Shown piece by piece: positions 52,701 through 61,363 of a stretch of DNA of 64,000 nucleotides (position 1 is its first letter; every line of letters begins with the position of its first letter). Origin of the DNA: Promethearchaeota archaeon Loki_b31. Lineage in GTDB: Archaea > Asgardarchaeota > Lokiarchaeia > Sigyniarchaeales > SOKP01. The translations under genes and the position numbers were made by a program. Below the pieces are notes generated by a model, which had not been told where the DNA came from, ran no database searches, and worked only from the letters and a program-made list of their open reading frames with translations. The DNA is taken from contig NJBI01000008.1 of NCBI GenBank assembly GCA_005222975.1, positions 1 through 64,000 on the forward strand, in the 5' to 3' direction.

Positions 52701-54512
52701 GCCTTTTTGGGGTACACATCCAGCAAAAAATCTGAAATTCTTTATATCTTTCAACTGGGTGACTCCTCTTGATAATTCATAGAAGAGACTATGAATGTGA
52801 ACAGAGCCAAAATCGTCTTTTAACTGATTTAGCGTACCGCTACTTATGCCATCAGGATCAGAAGTGGCTTTAATCTCTGTTGCAATATAGGTAGTTGGAG
52901 AGATAATTAACTTTATATCGTTGAACCTAGACATAGAAGGGAATAACGAGGAAAATGGTCTTATGTCTTTACCTATGATTAGATTTTTTAAATCGTATAA
53001 ATCGTTCAAATTAGAGCCCGCTAATGAATCTAAATTCTCTTGAATGTAAACATTTCCATCTAACCAACCTCCTGCTCCGAAATTAATTCCGCTTAAAAAG
53101 GCTTCAGGAGACTGGAAACCATCTTTGATAAATTGTTCAACAACTCTTATAATAAATCCGCTAGAATAATCTATAGTTTCACCAATTCTACCAATAAATG
53201 TCTTTGGGTTTTTAGCTATCGAAAGCCCTGGAACTCTAGTGCTATCAAAAAAGGCTTCTGTAAATTTATACCAAAATGCAGTTATGCCAACAGGTCCTAG
53301 GAACAGTCTTGCTACCTTTTTAACGGAATCTTGATTATCAAGGAATTTCTCAATCTCTTTGATTGCTGTATGAATGTCAGCAGAATCGAGATCGAGACCT
53401 AATATATCTTTAGTTATGTATTCGATAATTGCAGACTCTCCTTGCCGAATAATAGTGTCTTTTAATTTAAACGAGCTCGTTGCGCTCAATACAGTTAATG
53501 GAATTGCGTTCTTTATCATTTTAGATGTCTTCAACCAACTATCCCACCTCTCGTTATTCACATCTTCGTCTTGAGAAGTCTTAATAAGAGTTTCTATGTA
53601 ACTATTCTGCCACAATGTATCGTGAAAACTCGATAAATACTTGTCAACAAAAGCTGTTTTGTCTAACTGACTATTTCTAACAGTATAAATGTCTTTGTTA
53701 TCGGTTATTCTTAGAAGGCTTTCTCTGTTTAATTCCATAATAAAGGAGGAGAAAGCGTCCATAATTTCAATCTCTTCAAGAGTACCACACATTTCATCAA
53801 AACGAAAATCACCAGCAAATTCATGCGAATGCCTTAACCTTATTGCCCTATAAGCGTCAAATTCAGCAAATTGAGAAAGTCTCTGTATTTCATATGCGAC
53901 AGACAAACCGGGCAAACTTGATATTTGAGCAAGTAAGGTATCTTTATTAATAGTAACTTCGCCTTGCTTATCTTCGCTAAACACGTAAGGAGAAACGATT
54001 CTTGTGCCTTCCGTAAGAAACCCAAACTTGGAAGTATAAAACCTTAACTCCATTTTTGAATCTAAACCGAAATTTAGCTTAATAATATCGATTGCGTCCC
54101 ACATTTTAAAAGTTTCTCCATCAAATGGAGGCAAATTAAACTCTGAAATATCTCTGTCCCAACCTTTAACATCTTTTGAAAATTTCCGCAATATATCTCC
54201 ACTGAGTGATTCCATTAAAATTGAAATTTGTCCCGCAGCTTTACCCCCATAAGCAACTGCTTCAACTACCTTTGAGTTTTCTAACCGCGCCAAATCGTTT
54301 TCCTTCTGTCTTGCTGCTTCATATAGTTCTTGAGTCTGTGTTTTATATTTTAATAATCCCATTTGAGCCTCAAGATTAGCAACGCTTTGAGCGGGATCGT
54401 AAGTAATAGTTGAAGTAATGGGACCGTAATATTTAGCGTTTACTAAGTATTCAACTGCTTGTCCAGAAGAGCTTATGCCGTAGATCGATCGAATGGTGGC
54501 GCTATCGAACAA
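49704..54512 (-). CDS. C-terminal part of a giant hypothetical protein
   Basis: 1602-aa ORF in frame with the upstream ORF across one TAA; no recognisable domain. Confidence 0.75.
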   Translation of the reverse strand: MFDSATIRSIYGISSSGQAVEYLVNAKYYGPITSTITYDPAQSVANLEAQMGLLKYKTQTQELYEAARQKENDLARLENSKVVEAVAYGGKAAGQISILMESLSGDILRKFSKDVKGWDRDISEFNLPPFDGETFKMWDAIDIIKLNFGLDSKMELRFYTSKFGFLTEGTRIVSPYVFSEDKQGEVTINKDTLLAQISSLPGLSVAYEIQRLSQFAEFDAYRAIRLRHSHEFAGDFRFDEMCGTLEEIEIMDAFSSFIMELNRESLLRITDNKDIYTVRNSQLDKTAFVDKYLSSFHDTLWQNSYIETLIKTSQDEDVNNERWDSWLKTSKMIKNAIPLTVLSATSSFKLKDTIIRQGESAIIEYITKDILGLDLDSADIHTAIKEIEKFLDNQDSVKKVARLFLGPVGITAFWYKFTEAFFDSTRVPGLSIAKNPKTFIGRIGETIDYSSGFIIRVVEQFIKDGFQSPEAFLSGINFGAGGWLDGNVYIQENLDSLAGSNLNDLYDLKNLIIGKDIRPFSSLFPSMSRFNDIKLIISPTTYIATEIKATSDPDGISSGTLNQLKDDFGSVHIHSLFYELSRGVTQLKDIKNFRFFAGCVPQKGDIDNTLISLMRRMAAANKFLDYGKGSDHKMVGDLTYTFSTIQELNQLFHTILTSSDDKSKIVQDIKNMLANPQFEGELYNIFRESASNVYSEDRFSLLEGSNYLENTLTWLENEIDSLIQEDTDNLGHYKLALSEQIDLLFLDEQGTVLRFEDLPQAFTFIKVNGKLTPTLLTQELFNQYKSEGKPLLVSHRSNDVDGEYKTLPTFGVIPAEIVNILPQGFSEGYKHMENDQNKEKVFRNVYLCDTNYVRLNSRVNIFKEGSEIIINVRPEGWYANFIKVDANTHQSNYYFAFTVSSGILLGAETHCLAFLQRAEGNLEPYPHITKLFPSLTRKSMKKFKDGLVFTPIVSGKLITSDTFFKTYLNLIDLRYILATEEGTSTKRSYANTYIADKLGLFNVRFTPSTGRIDMSSLRSKSDVEGVINKLFVTKNDILDFLFLKEYSGEIRPMKEGDLTIKEWFHMLFEKVTSYQGDSETDRVSELIKEAKTSFTNKYSENPFDISADKKEAFSPEEIKAGKIAFEVVSRLFGHFTLRLLFMHMIDFYGSPKSYKIDILNLPSKFDISKYLKQFSIITSTQTKPTPILSDSNIYKHLFSLFFLDSHMVLPVERKIDIQNAIIRFGYSPISFIDDSFISTSSKSFDSDIASQFKGLYKNYKDNNYAGLATHRRIKLFVESGLEMLDALKVVLRTKVQTLSLKKDEQIDLYNRLLISAERELLNYHRESIFCQDGSKYNLRVQIEDLIIGDKYNKKIKFFKVEFNGIPVEIWLNKDDFVGKDIKIWRIFIKGEDVHYQFQDFDFQGYNYGIVKEKAQILKKAIESAVGKNGKVKIYPLYRPNQIVGYQFLLRTEIWEKLVPSERHTISGTNKKDARCFDIDLQDSDLQNKLEHIVKLSMSVIMPRAKSPYSKDFLFVIAKDDLGGKPIYEYDKMIGAFDRNRFYGPDEIFSSGIGSAMFMPVKIASFESGIEIDLGLIKQWVRRREFLLIPTDYMFPKSYKTWW

Positions 54513-54530
54513 GCTCTTAAGCTCGGCGTC

Positions 54531-57500
54531 TTATCCTAAACCTTTCTTAACGCCTGGTAATTTATCGATCTTAATATCCTTCGATATCATGTCTTGCCTT
54601 GCGTTGCTAATAGCCGCGCGCATCATGGTGGTCGTACCCGCTTTCGGACTCGTAATTTTTTGGCCCAAGTGTTTGATCATAGGGCTAAATCCGTACAAAC
54701 TAAAACCCGCAAAACTAAGTCCTGGAACTAACAGCGAAAGCCCCGCGAAAACGCCCGAACCGATAATTCCCGCCATCTTCAATATTGTCTCGTGCCTACT
54801 TGGAACTAAATCGAGGTTAGACATTATCGACCTTATATCTTTTCTGTTCTCTCTTAGAAACTTTTCCAAGGTAAACGATTGGTCGCTATCTCGTTCCGCG
54901 ATAAGTTGTGATAGTTCGGTAGTTAAAGCGCTGTGTTGTAATTCTTGCTCTATCTGTGTCATTATATCAACGTCAAAAGATATGCCCCCTTGCGTGTCGG
55001 TGCCTAGACCTCCTAGATTGAACGCGCCGAACATTTTAGTTTCCCGAACCGTGGTCATAAGCGTAGAAATTAGCTGTCCTACTCCTTCAGACCAGCCCAA
55101 CATACGAGCCGAGTTTTCGAAGTAGGCCTCGATGAAACCGTCTACTACGATTTCTTCGAACACTTCCCCTATAGTCTGAGCAACGATTTTAACGCTCATA
55201 GAAGCCATTTGAACCGCAACTTTAGTCAATAACGACGACCCTATTTGAGCGCTCGCCTCAATAGCCCCTTGAGCTAAAATCTTTTGAATAGAAACGGCGG
55301 CTCCAGCAAGCGCAACAATAGGCGCTGAACGCGAAGTAGATTGGAAAGTTAAAATCTCGGTGTAAGCGATCTCCCCGATTATTTTAGCCGTAGTCGCCGC
55401 AAAAACGTATTGATCGAAATAATCTAAGATAGGATACATCGTAGCTTGAGCTAAGAGAGTTCTTTGGTTCTCTTCCGAAAGATTGCCGTCGTCAGGTATT
55501 ATCTTAGCAAATTTAACCTGACACACGTAATAATATTCCGTCCCTTCGTCGTAGTTGGAGGCTGAATCGCCCATAAGCTCGTCTATTGGGCGCGCAAAAT
55601 AAAGGTTTTGCAATTTTTCGGGAATCTCGTAATCAGAAGCGTCTAAAGTTTTAGAAGTTACCTCTTTATTTACTACCTTGTGTAGAATTACGCTTTCGAT
55701 TGGGTAATTAAACGCCCCATACAAGTCAGCTAACGGTATTTTTGCGGAATAAAACTCTTTCTCCTCGTCTAAAAGGTCGGTCGAATCGATACCTTTCGTG
55801 TTTGACGCCCCAAAAGAGGCGATGTCCACGAAGAGATAACCAAATTTTCTGGACTCGCTAAGTTGGTCGTATCTTTGGGAACTTATTATCAACGGACTGA
55901 AAAGCGAAGATAAAGGCGCTGTATCGTCTTCTTGAGCGAATAGATATTGAGGAGTTGCGTCCGAACAGATCGGTTTTATAGAATTGAGAGAACCTCCAGT
56001 TTTTTCGTTAATTTCGTGCTGTAAGTAGCCGAGGGTGTTTTGTCTTAACTTGTAAGAATTGTAGTTCTGAATGATTCTTAGAACCATTTGAGGACCCGTT
56101 TTATAATATTTCATCGGTGCGGAAAAGAAAGTGGGCTCGTAGACCTCGTAAATAGGTTCTAATTCTAACATTTTATCGACTAAATCTGGGTCTTCGAAGT
56201 AGGTGTAGTGTTTTTGGTCGTTGTACGAATAAAGCTCGCTCGAGACCATTAAAAAGTCTAAATTGTGGTAATCGAAGTCTAGTCCAGCCATTATATCGGG
56301 ATTTACATCTTGCGGTAAGGTGTTTGTCCACTTTAGATCGATATTAGACCAGATAAAATCTAAAAAGCCCGTGTTAGAGCCTCTCCAACAACGAGCGTCG
56401 CTTGGAGGGGCGGCAACAACGTAGGCGAGGTATTCGTTTCCGGTTTGACCGCCTCGAACTTCAGCGTAATAAGTTCCGGGGTGACCACTTAACGCAGCAG
56501 GCATGCTATCGCTCCAAATGTCGTCCGTAGGATATTTTTTATTGAGAATTCTTGGTTGATTGTTATTGGCGTCTTCTGAGTAAAAAGTTTGCGAGCGCAA
56601 CTTTGCTTCTGCCTCGCGGGCTTTCACGTCGTTAGTAATTAAACTTAGCGAAGTATATATAGCAAAATACACGGGCAATGCCACCAGATCAGTAAAGATT
56701 CTCGCTAAAGCCGCAGCCACTCCCGCAATTATAGAAATAGTAACTTGCTCGGTTAAATCGCGTTCGTATCGTTCGCCAAATATCTTCCAAACTTTATTGA
56801 ATTCTTTATGGCGGGTCTCGTAGAAAAGCTCGGAAAATCTGGCGTTTTGAGCACTTGTTGTGATTAACTTTCTTATTTCAAATACGTTGTCTTTGAGCTC
56901 GTATCCGTCGCGCTCGTCTTCTGGGAACAAACGGTCGCTCCTTCCTAATTTTGCAAACTCAAATATATTTCCTTCCGTTTGATGGAACTCGTGAGATAAT
57001 ACGTCTCTAAATTCGTTTAAATTTTCTATAGGCCAACCAGTTTCGGTTCTAGAATACGGAATAAAATCGTGTTTACCGTCGTAATTAAATCCAATAGCCA
57101 TAACTTCGTAGTAAGCATCGTCTCCCTCGCCCTTTACTGGAGAAAGCACGTAAACCGTTTCCCAAAATCCGTTTTCATCGCTATCGTAATAGAGATAATG
57201 ACCGTTGGTTTTGGCTGCCTTCCCACCGTTGCGCTTGAAAGATTCCTTATCGGAAGTATAGTAAACTTTGCCATCAGCGGGGGTAATAAAAACGCCTGTT
57301 ATTTTCAATTTCATGTCGGAAGTGCTCGAGGTCTTTAACGAGACAACTTTCTTATAGTCGTCGTAAGGGTTAATTCTACTAGGAATAACTATGTTTATTT
57401 CTCGCTCGAACAGATTAATATTTTCGCTAGAAGAAGTTTCCGAATTTACTATAGTTAAAGACTCAAACTTACTTGGAACGTTAGAACCGTCGTCCCATTT

Positions 57501-59039
57501 GTCGTATTCTTCGGTTTGAACTGCGGGGATAAAATCAAGTGGAACGTCTTGCTGTTGCCCCGTTTCGAGACTAGTTATGGTTTGGCTAAGGTCGATTCCT
57601 AAGTCGATCGTCTCGTCTTCAAACAAATCCTTATACACTCTGATTTCTATTAGCGTGCCGTTATCCCAGTGATTTACGGTAATTTGTTCGCTTATTTGAT
57701 TATCAACGTAAAGTTTTGTAGTTATTATCGAATATTTCTTGTAAGTTTGAGTTAGAGTTTCTCGAATATCCGAGGCGAGCCAGTGGTAACTACTTGGATA
57801 AGATCCGCTTTCGATCATTTCAGGAGTGAGCTTCTCGTTAAAAATAGGATCAACCCTTCCTCCTGAAATTAAAGACCCTATCCACTCAGCCATGCTAGCG
57901 TATATGTAAGTAATCGCGTTCTGAGGTTTTGCCGCTAAAATAGTGGTTTCGCTGTTTGTAACGCGTGTATATTGAACGGTATCTGTTTTTTCGTATGTAT
58001 ATTGAATATCGGCGGCTCCATCGTAATCTTCGTCTACCATAACAGAATAAAACGAACTTTGAATGGAATAATCGGTAGAATAAGTTTGCTCGACGCTTTT
58101 TCTGGCCCAATAATCTATATCTGTAAAGATAATCGTAGATAACGAAGTTGAGGTAGCAAACTGGGCATCGTCTACATCAAACCATTTAGTAGTCTCTCTT
58201 GGTCTTGATTTTAAGTTGTAGAGAGATTCGCTTCCTAAAAAGTCGTTTATGACCGTGTGCCAAACGATCTCGTTAGAATCTACGTCAGATTCAACACCAA
58301 ATCTTATAACATCGATTTTACCGTTCTTATCTACGTCAATCACATGTTTAAAGTCTCTTTTACCGTCCATATCTGAATCAGCTTCGTATATAACGTTATA
58401 AGGGTCTAAATAAAGCTCAAAATTGTCAAATAAAGCAGAAGAAATGTATCCCTTAAGGGTTTTATTAGAGCTTAGTTCAGAATTTCGGGTGTAATCAATT
58501 GAAGTAAACGAAGTACTATCAGAAGCTATTGTCTCAGCGCGCTCTACAAATAAATAATCGCCCGCATTTACCGAATATTCGAAAGAACCCGACAAGTAAT
58601 CGTAAAACGAATTTTCTAAGTCGGCTAAATTACTCTGGTTGAAAGAGTCCGATAAATACAATTTAGTTTTTGTCGACACAGGTCCGTGTGTAAAGTTTAA
58701 AACGACCGTAATAGCGTCAAATTCGTTTAATAAACCATCAGTTGAGATTAAGTCTGTTATAGTAATTGTTTTAGCAGAAATATCAAAATTCACGCTATAA
58801 TTGGTGTTATCGTCGTCGATAAATTTTTCTGAAAAGTTAGCGTAAAGTCCAACGATTCTAAACAACGAGAGATTTAAGAAGTCTTTATCGAAATCGTATT
58901 CGAGTTCAAAAGAGTAAATATATTCGTCGGTCTCGGTATAAACAACGAAGTTTTCGGAGTAGAATTGCTCGATCTCGTAGTCATAGTTGCTATTTTCTAT
59001 TAATTCTCCGTACCATTCTTCGAACCTAGGAGTTAACAA
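54531..59039 (-). CDS. Middle part of a giant extracellular/membrane protein (5'-truncated), with Ca-binding-like DxDxDG loops and hydrophobic helices
   Basis: DSDMDGKRD, DVDKNGKID, DEDYDGAAD, DSDENG; three hydrophobic regions; the frame stays open upstream to ~59132 with no start codon or signal peptide. Confidence 0.8.
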   Translation of the reverse strand: MLTPRFEEWYGELIENSNYDYEIEQFYSENFVVYTETDEYIYSFELEYDFDKDFLNLSLFRIVGLYANFSEKFIDDDNTNYSVNFDISAKTITITDLISTDGLLNEFDAITVVLNFTHGPVSTKTKLYLSDSFNQSNLADLENSFYDYLSGSFEYSVNAGDYLFVERAETIASDSTSFTSIDYTRNSELSSNKTLKGYISSALFDNFELYLDPYNVIYEADSDMDGKRDFKHVIDVDKNGKIDVIRFGVESDVDSNEIVWHTVINDFLGSESLYNLKSRPRETTKWFDVDDAQFATSTSLSTIIFTDIDYWARKSVEQTYSTDYSIQSSFYSVMVDEDYDGAADIQYTYEKTDTVQYTRVTNSETTILAAKPQNAITYIYASMAEWIGSLISGGRVDPIFNEKLTPEMIESGSYPSSYHWLASDIRETLTQTYKKYSIITTKLYVDNQISEQITVNHWDNGTLIEIRVYKDLFEDETIDLGIDLSQTITSLETGQQQDVPLDFIPAVQTEEYDKWDDGSNVPSKFESLTIVNSETSSSENINLFEREINIVIPSRINPYDDYKKVVSLKTSSTSDMKLKITGVFITPADGKVYYTSDKESFKRNGGKAAKTNGHYLYYDSDENGFWETVYVLSPVKGEGDDAYYEVMAIGFNYDGKHDFIPYSRTETGWPIENLNEFRDVLSHEFHQTEGNIFEFAKLGRSDRLFPEDERDGYELKDNVFEIRKLITTSAQNARFSELFYETRHKEFNKVWKIFGERYERDLTEQVTISIIAGVAAALARIFTDLVALPVYFAIYTSLSLITNDVKAREAEAKLRSQTFYSEDANNNQPRILNKKYPTDDIWSDSMPAALSGHPGTYYAEVRGGQTGNEYLAYVVAAPPSDARCWRGSNTGFLDFIWSNIDLKWTNTLPQDVNPDIMAGLDFDYHNLDFLMVSSELYSYNDQKHYTYFEDPDLVDKMLELEPIYEVYEPTFFSAPMKYYKTGPQMVLRIIQNYNSYKLRQNTLGYLQHEINEKTGGSLNSIKPICSDATPQYLFAQEDDTAPLSSLFSPLIISSQRYDQLSESRKFGYLFVDIASFGASNTKGIDSTDLLDEEKEFYSAKIPLADLYGAFNYPIESVILHKVVNKEVTSKTLDASDYEIPEKLQNLYFARPIDELMGDSASNYDEGTEYYYVCQVKFAKIIPDDGNLSEENQRTLLAQATMYPILDYFDQYVFAATTAKIIGEIAYTEILTFQSTSRSAPIVALAGAAVSIQKILAQGAIEASAQIGSSLLTKVAVQMASMSVKIVAQTIGEVFEEIVVDGFIEAYFENSARMLGWSEGVGQLISTLMTTVRETKMFGAFNLGGLGTDTQGGISFDVDIMTQIEQELQHSALTTELSQLIAERDSDQSFTLEKFLRENRKDIRSIMSNLDLVPSRHETILKMAGIIGSGVFAGLSLLVPGLSFAGFSLYGFSPMIKHLGQKITSPKAGTTTMMRAAISNARQDMISKDIKIDKLPGVKKGLG

Positions 59040-59092
59040 GTAATCGTAATTATATATTAATTCGAAAGATTCAAAGTTTGCGTTCTCGTATT

Positions 59093-59314
59093 TTAAATCG
59101 ATTCCTCTGGGTAGCCTTCGTATCGAAAGATTTCAATTAGTTTTTCTTCTACAATCTTTTTTTTCCTTTCTTGGATTTGTTCTGTATCGCCTTCTTTTAA
59201 AATGTTTCGGATAGAAGGATACGAGATTCCTTCTAATCTTGCTATGTCTTTTTTGCTTACTCCCTTATTATATAGTTCTAATATTTTCGCTTTTTTTTCT
59301 TCGGAAATTGTCAT
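59093..59314 (-). CDS. HTH DNA-binding protein, probably 3'-truncated
   Basis: ILELYNKGVSKKDIARLEGISYPSIRNIL. Confidence 0.75.
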   Translation of the reverse strand: MTISEEKKAKILELYNKGVSKKDIARLEGISYPSIRNILKEGDTEQIQERKKKIVEEKLIEIFRYEGYPEESI

Positions 59315-59838
59315 GAAATTTTATTCCTCATTTTTAGTGAAAATTTTAGCTTATTTTTCTGAATAATTATTGAATAATTTCTGAGAACGGTATTGGTATT
59401 TTTCATTTTTTTCAGTTAAAAATTTTTTTGAAATTTTTTTTGAAACTTAATTTTTTAAACTTATTTTTTGGCGTTTAGGAGCTTGTTTAATATTTACATT
59501 TTCATGCTTTTAAATTTTTAGTAATAATATTCACAATAATACTTACTATTAATACTAAAATAGATTTTTCAGAAAATTGCGAAATCGCTATAATTCGGTT
59601 TTTTGTTTTGGTTTTTGTCGATAAAAATCACGGTATTACCGATTTGTAAATTCAATTCCGATAAAAATATTGGTTTTGTTGGCTTGGTATTATTTATACT
59701 TGTAAGAGCTTTTTCCAATTCTCTATTTCCAATTTTAAAATTTGGAAGTTGGAAGTAGGAAGTAAGAAAAAGGCACATTTAAAAGGTAGTAATCTAAATA
59801 ACACATAATTAAAAATTAAATATCTGGATGTGTGAATT

Positions 59839-60099
59839 ATGGCAAAAAAATTGAAATGTTCCCCTGACGAAATGCTTTCTTGGATGAAAATAGCCAGAGA
59901 ATCGGAGAAACTTCAACCCGACGCAAGCAAGGTGACGCTTGTTCAAGTAAAAGAAGCCGTTAAAACGGTTTTTGATGAAGGTAAAGGTTGTTTTCCGAAA
60001 CCAAAAGGCAGGGCTATTGGCGAAAGGGCTAAGGAGTTAGGAGCTTACAAGAAAACCATAGAAAAACGCTTAGGAATAAAAATAAAGGATTTGTATTAA
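59839..60099 (+). CDS. Small basic hypothetical protein
   Basis: 86 aa, ATG start, first of three co-oriented ORFs. Confidence 0.65.
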   Translation: MAKKLKCSPDEMLSWMKIARESEKLQPDASKVTLVQVKEAVKTVFDEGKGCFPKPKGRAIGERAKELGAYKKTIEKRLGIKIKDLY

Positions 60100-60143
60100 A
60101 ATATAAATTAATTCTAAATAATTTTTTTTTACAAATATAATAG

Positions 60144-60482
60144 GTGATAAAAATAACTGAAGTAAAAAAACCAGAATCGTGTAAACCCCTATACATACTG
60201 CAAAACTTGGGGAGCATAAAAAAGGATGCTAACAAGTTAGATTTTATTGCAGACACATTAAAAAGGTGTGCTGTTGCTCCCGCAAAAAAGCCCCGACAAA
60301 TGAGTGGTTACAACTGTTTTGTGAAAATACAAATAAAGAAAACGGGAAAACCGTTAAAAGAAGTCGTGAAAGCGAGAACTTGGAGTACGCTTGAGCCAAA
60401 ACAGAAAAAAATTTGGAAATCTCTCGCTCTTGAAGGGTGTCCGCCACGATTGTGGGAAACAGAAGCTTTAAAATTAAAATAA
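60144..60482 (+). CDS. HMG-box-like DNA-binding protein
   Basis: aa 48-95 KKPRQMSGYNCFVK...TWSTLEPKQKKIWKSLA. Confidence 0.7.
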   Translation: MIKITEVKKPESCKPLYILQNLGSIKKDANKLDFIADTLKRCAVAPAKKPRQMSGYNCFVKIQIKKTGKPLKEVVKARTWSTLEPKQKKIWKSLALEGCPPRLWETEALKLK

Positions 60483-60622
60483 TGAGCAATATAGAGAAAC
60501 TTGAGGATGTTAGTTTAAGCGAAATGGTTCGAGAAATCAAAAAATACTTTATAGAGCGTGGTTTCGAGTACAAAGGCAAAACTAACGAGGGAATTTCTAT
60601 TTTTAAAAAAACAGATAAATAA
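60482..60622 (+). CDS. Small hypothetical protein (46 aa)
   Basis: TAATG stop/start overlap with the HMG-box-like gene. Confidence 0.55.
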   Translation: MSNIEKLEDVSLSEMVREIKKYFIERGFEYKGKTNEGISIFKKTDK

Positions 60623-60724
60623 AAAAGCTCCGATAAAAATCCTTTTTTTGATGTAATATTTATAATATTTATTTGAGTGTAAAATATCAAAAAAGAAATA
60701 ATGTATCCAAAAAACGCCTAAAAA

Positions 60725-60877
60725 TTAGGTTTTTTGATTAGAGTTAATCTTTAATTTCTCATATTTTAAAACAAGAATTTGGATGGTGTCCGAAAGCGAT
60801 TTGCTTCCGAATTTCTCTTTATAACGCAATAAAATATCTCGAACTTTTATGTCCACTTTTATAGTTGTAGAAGTCAT
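60725..60877 (-). CDS. Ribbon-helix-helix / antitoxin-like small regulator
   Basis: MTSTTIKVDIKVRDILLRYKEKFGSKSLSDTIQILV. Confidence 0.65.
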   Translation of the reverse strand: MTSTTIKVDIKVRDILLRYKEKFGSKSLSDTIQILVLKYEKLKINSNQKT

Positions 60878-61011
60878 AATAATATAAAATATAAAACCAA
60901 GCGAAATATTTAAATTGTCGGAGAATATATTAACAATATACTGAGAGCATATTAAATATTTCAATCACTTTGAGAAAACAGAAAAAAAATAAATTTTAAA
61001 AGGTTAAAAAA

Positions 61012-61143
61012 TTGGCAAAAGAGAAAAGCGAATTTATAATATCATTAGAAAAAAAGCTTAAGGAACATTGGGAAGATACAAAAGAAGAGCGAGGGAAAAC
61101 ACATACTGCTAAGATTCATCAGAAATTAAATAAAAAAGCGTAG
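61012..61143 (+). CDS. Possible truncated RHH-like small protein (43 aa)
   Basis: TTG start; FIISLEKKLKEHWEDTKEERGKT. Confidence 0.3.
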   Translation: MAKEKSEFIISLEKKLKEHWEDTKEERGKTHTAKIHQKLNKKA

Positions 61144-61363
61144 AAATATGGCGTCCTTTTCGCTCGGGGGGACTTTGGGTAATTGCCGAGAGTAAGCGAG
61201 CTTGTAAACCCGCCATACTACAAAAACGATTTCGAAAAATTTAAATTGGGGAAGGATTAAAACGATACATTCAAGAATGATTGCCATCTGATGTATGTGT
61301 CAACCTAATCCTTTCCCACCTTTTATTTTAAATTACAAATAAGGAGTGTGATAAAAAGAAAAG

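Noticed and set aside
13565-54533. Two genes broken by an in-frame TAA (13565 and 54531), suggesting stop-codon recoding
   Set aside because: TAA terminates many clearly complete genes here (pgk, vps4, glgP); Pyl and Sec use TAG and TGA; no suppressor tRNA is seen
54493-55125. 210-aa plus-strand ORF and other short antisense ORFs inside long genes
   Set aside because: Shadow ORFs antisense to well-supported genes; no motifs
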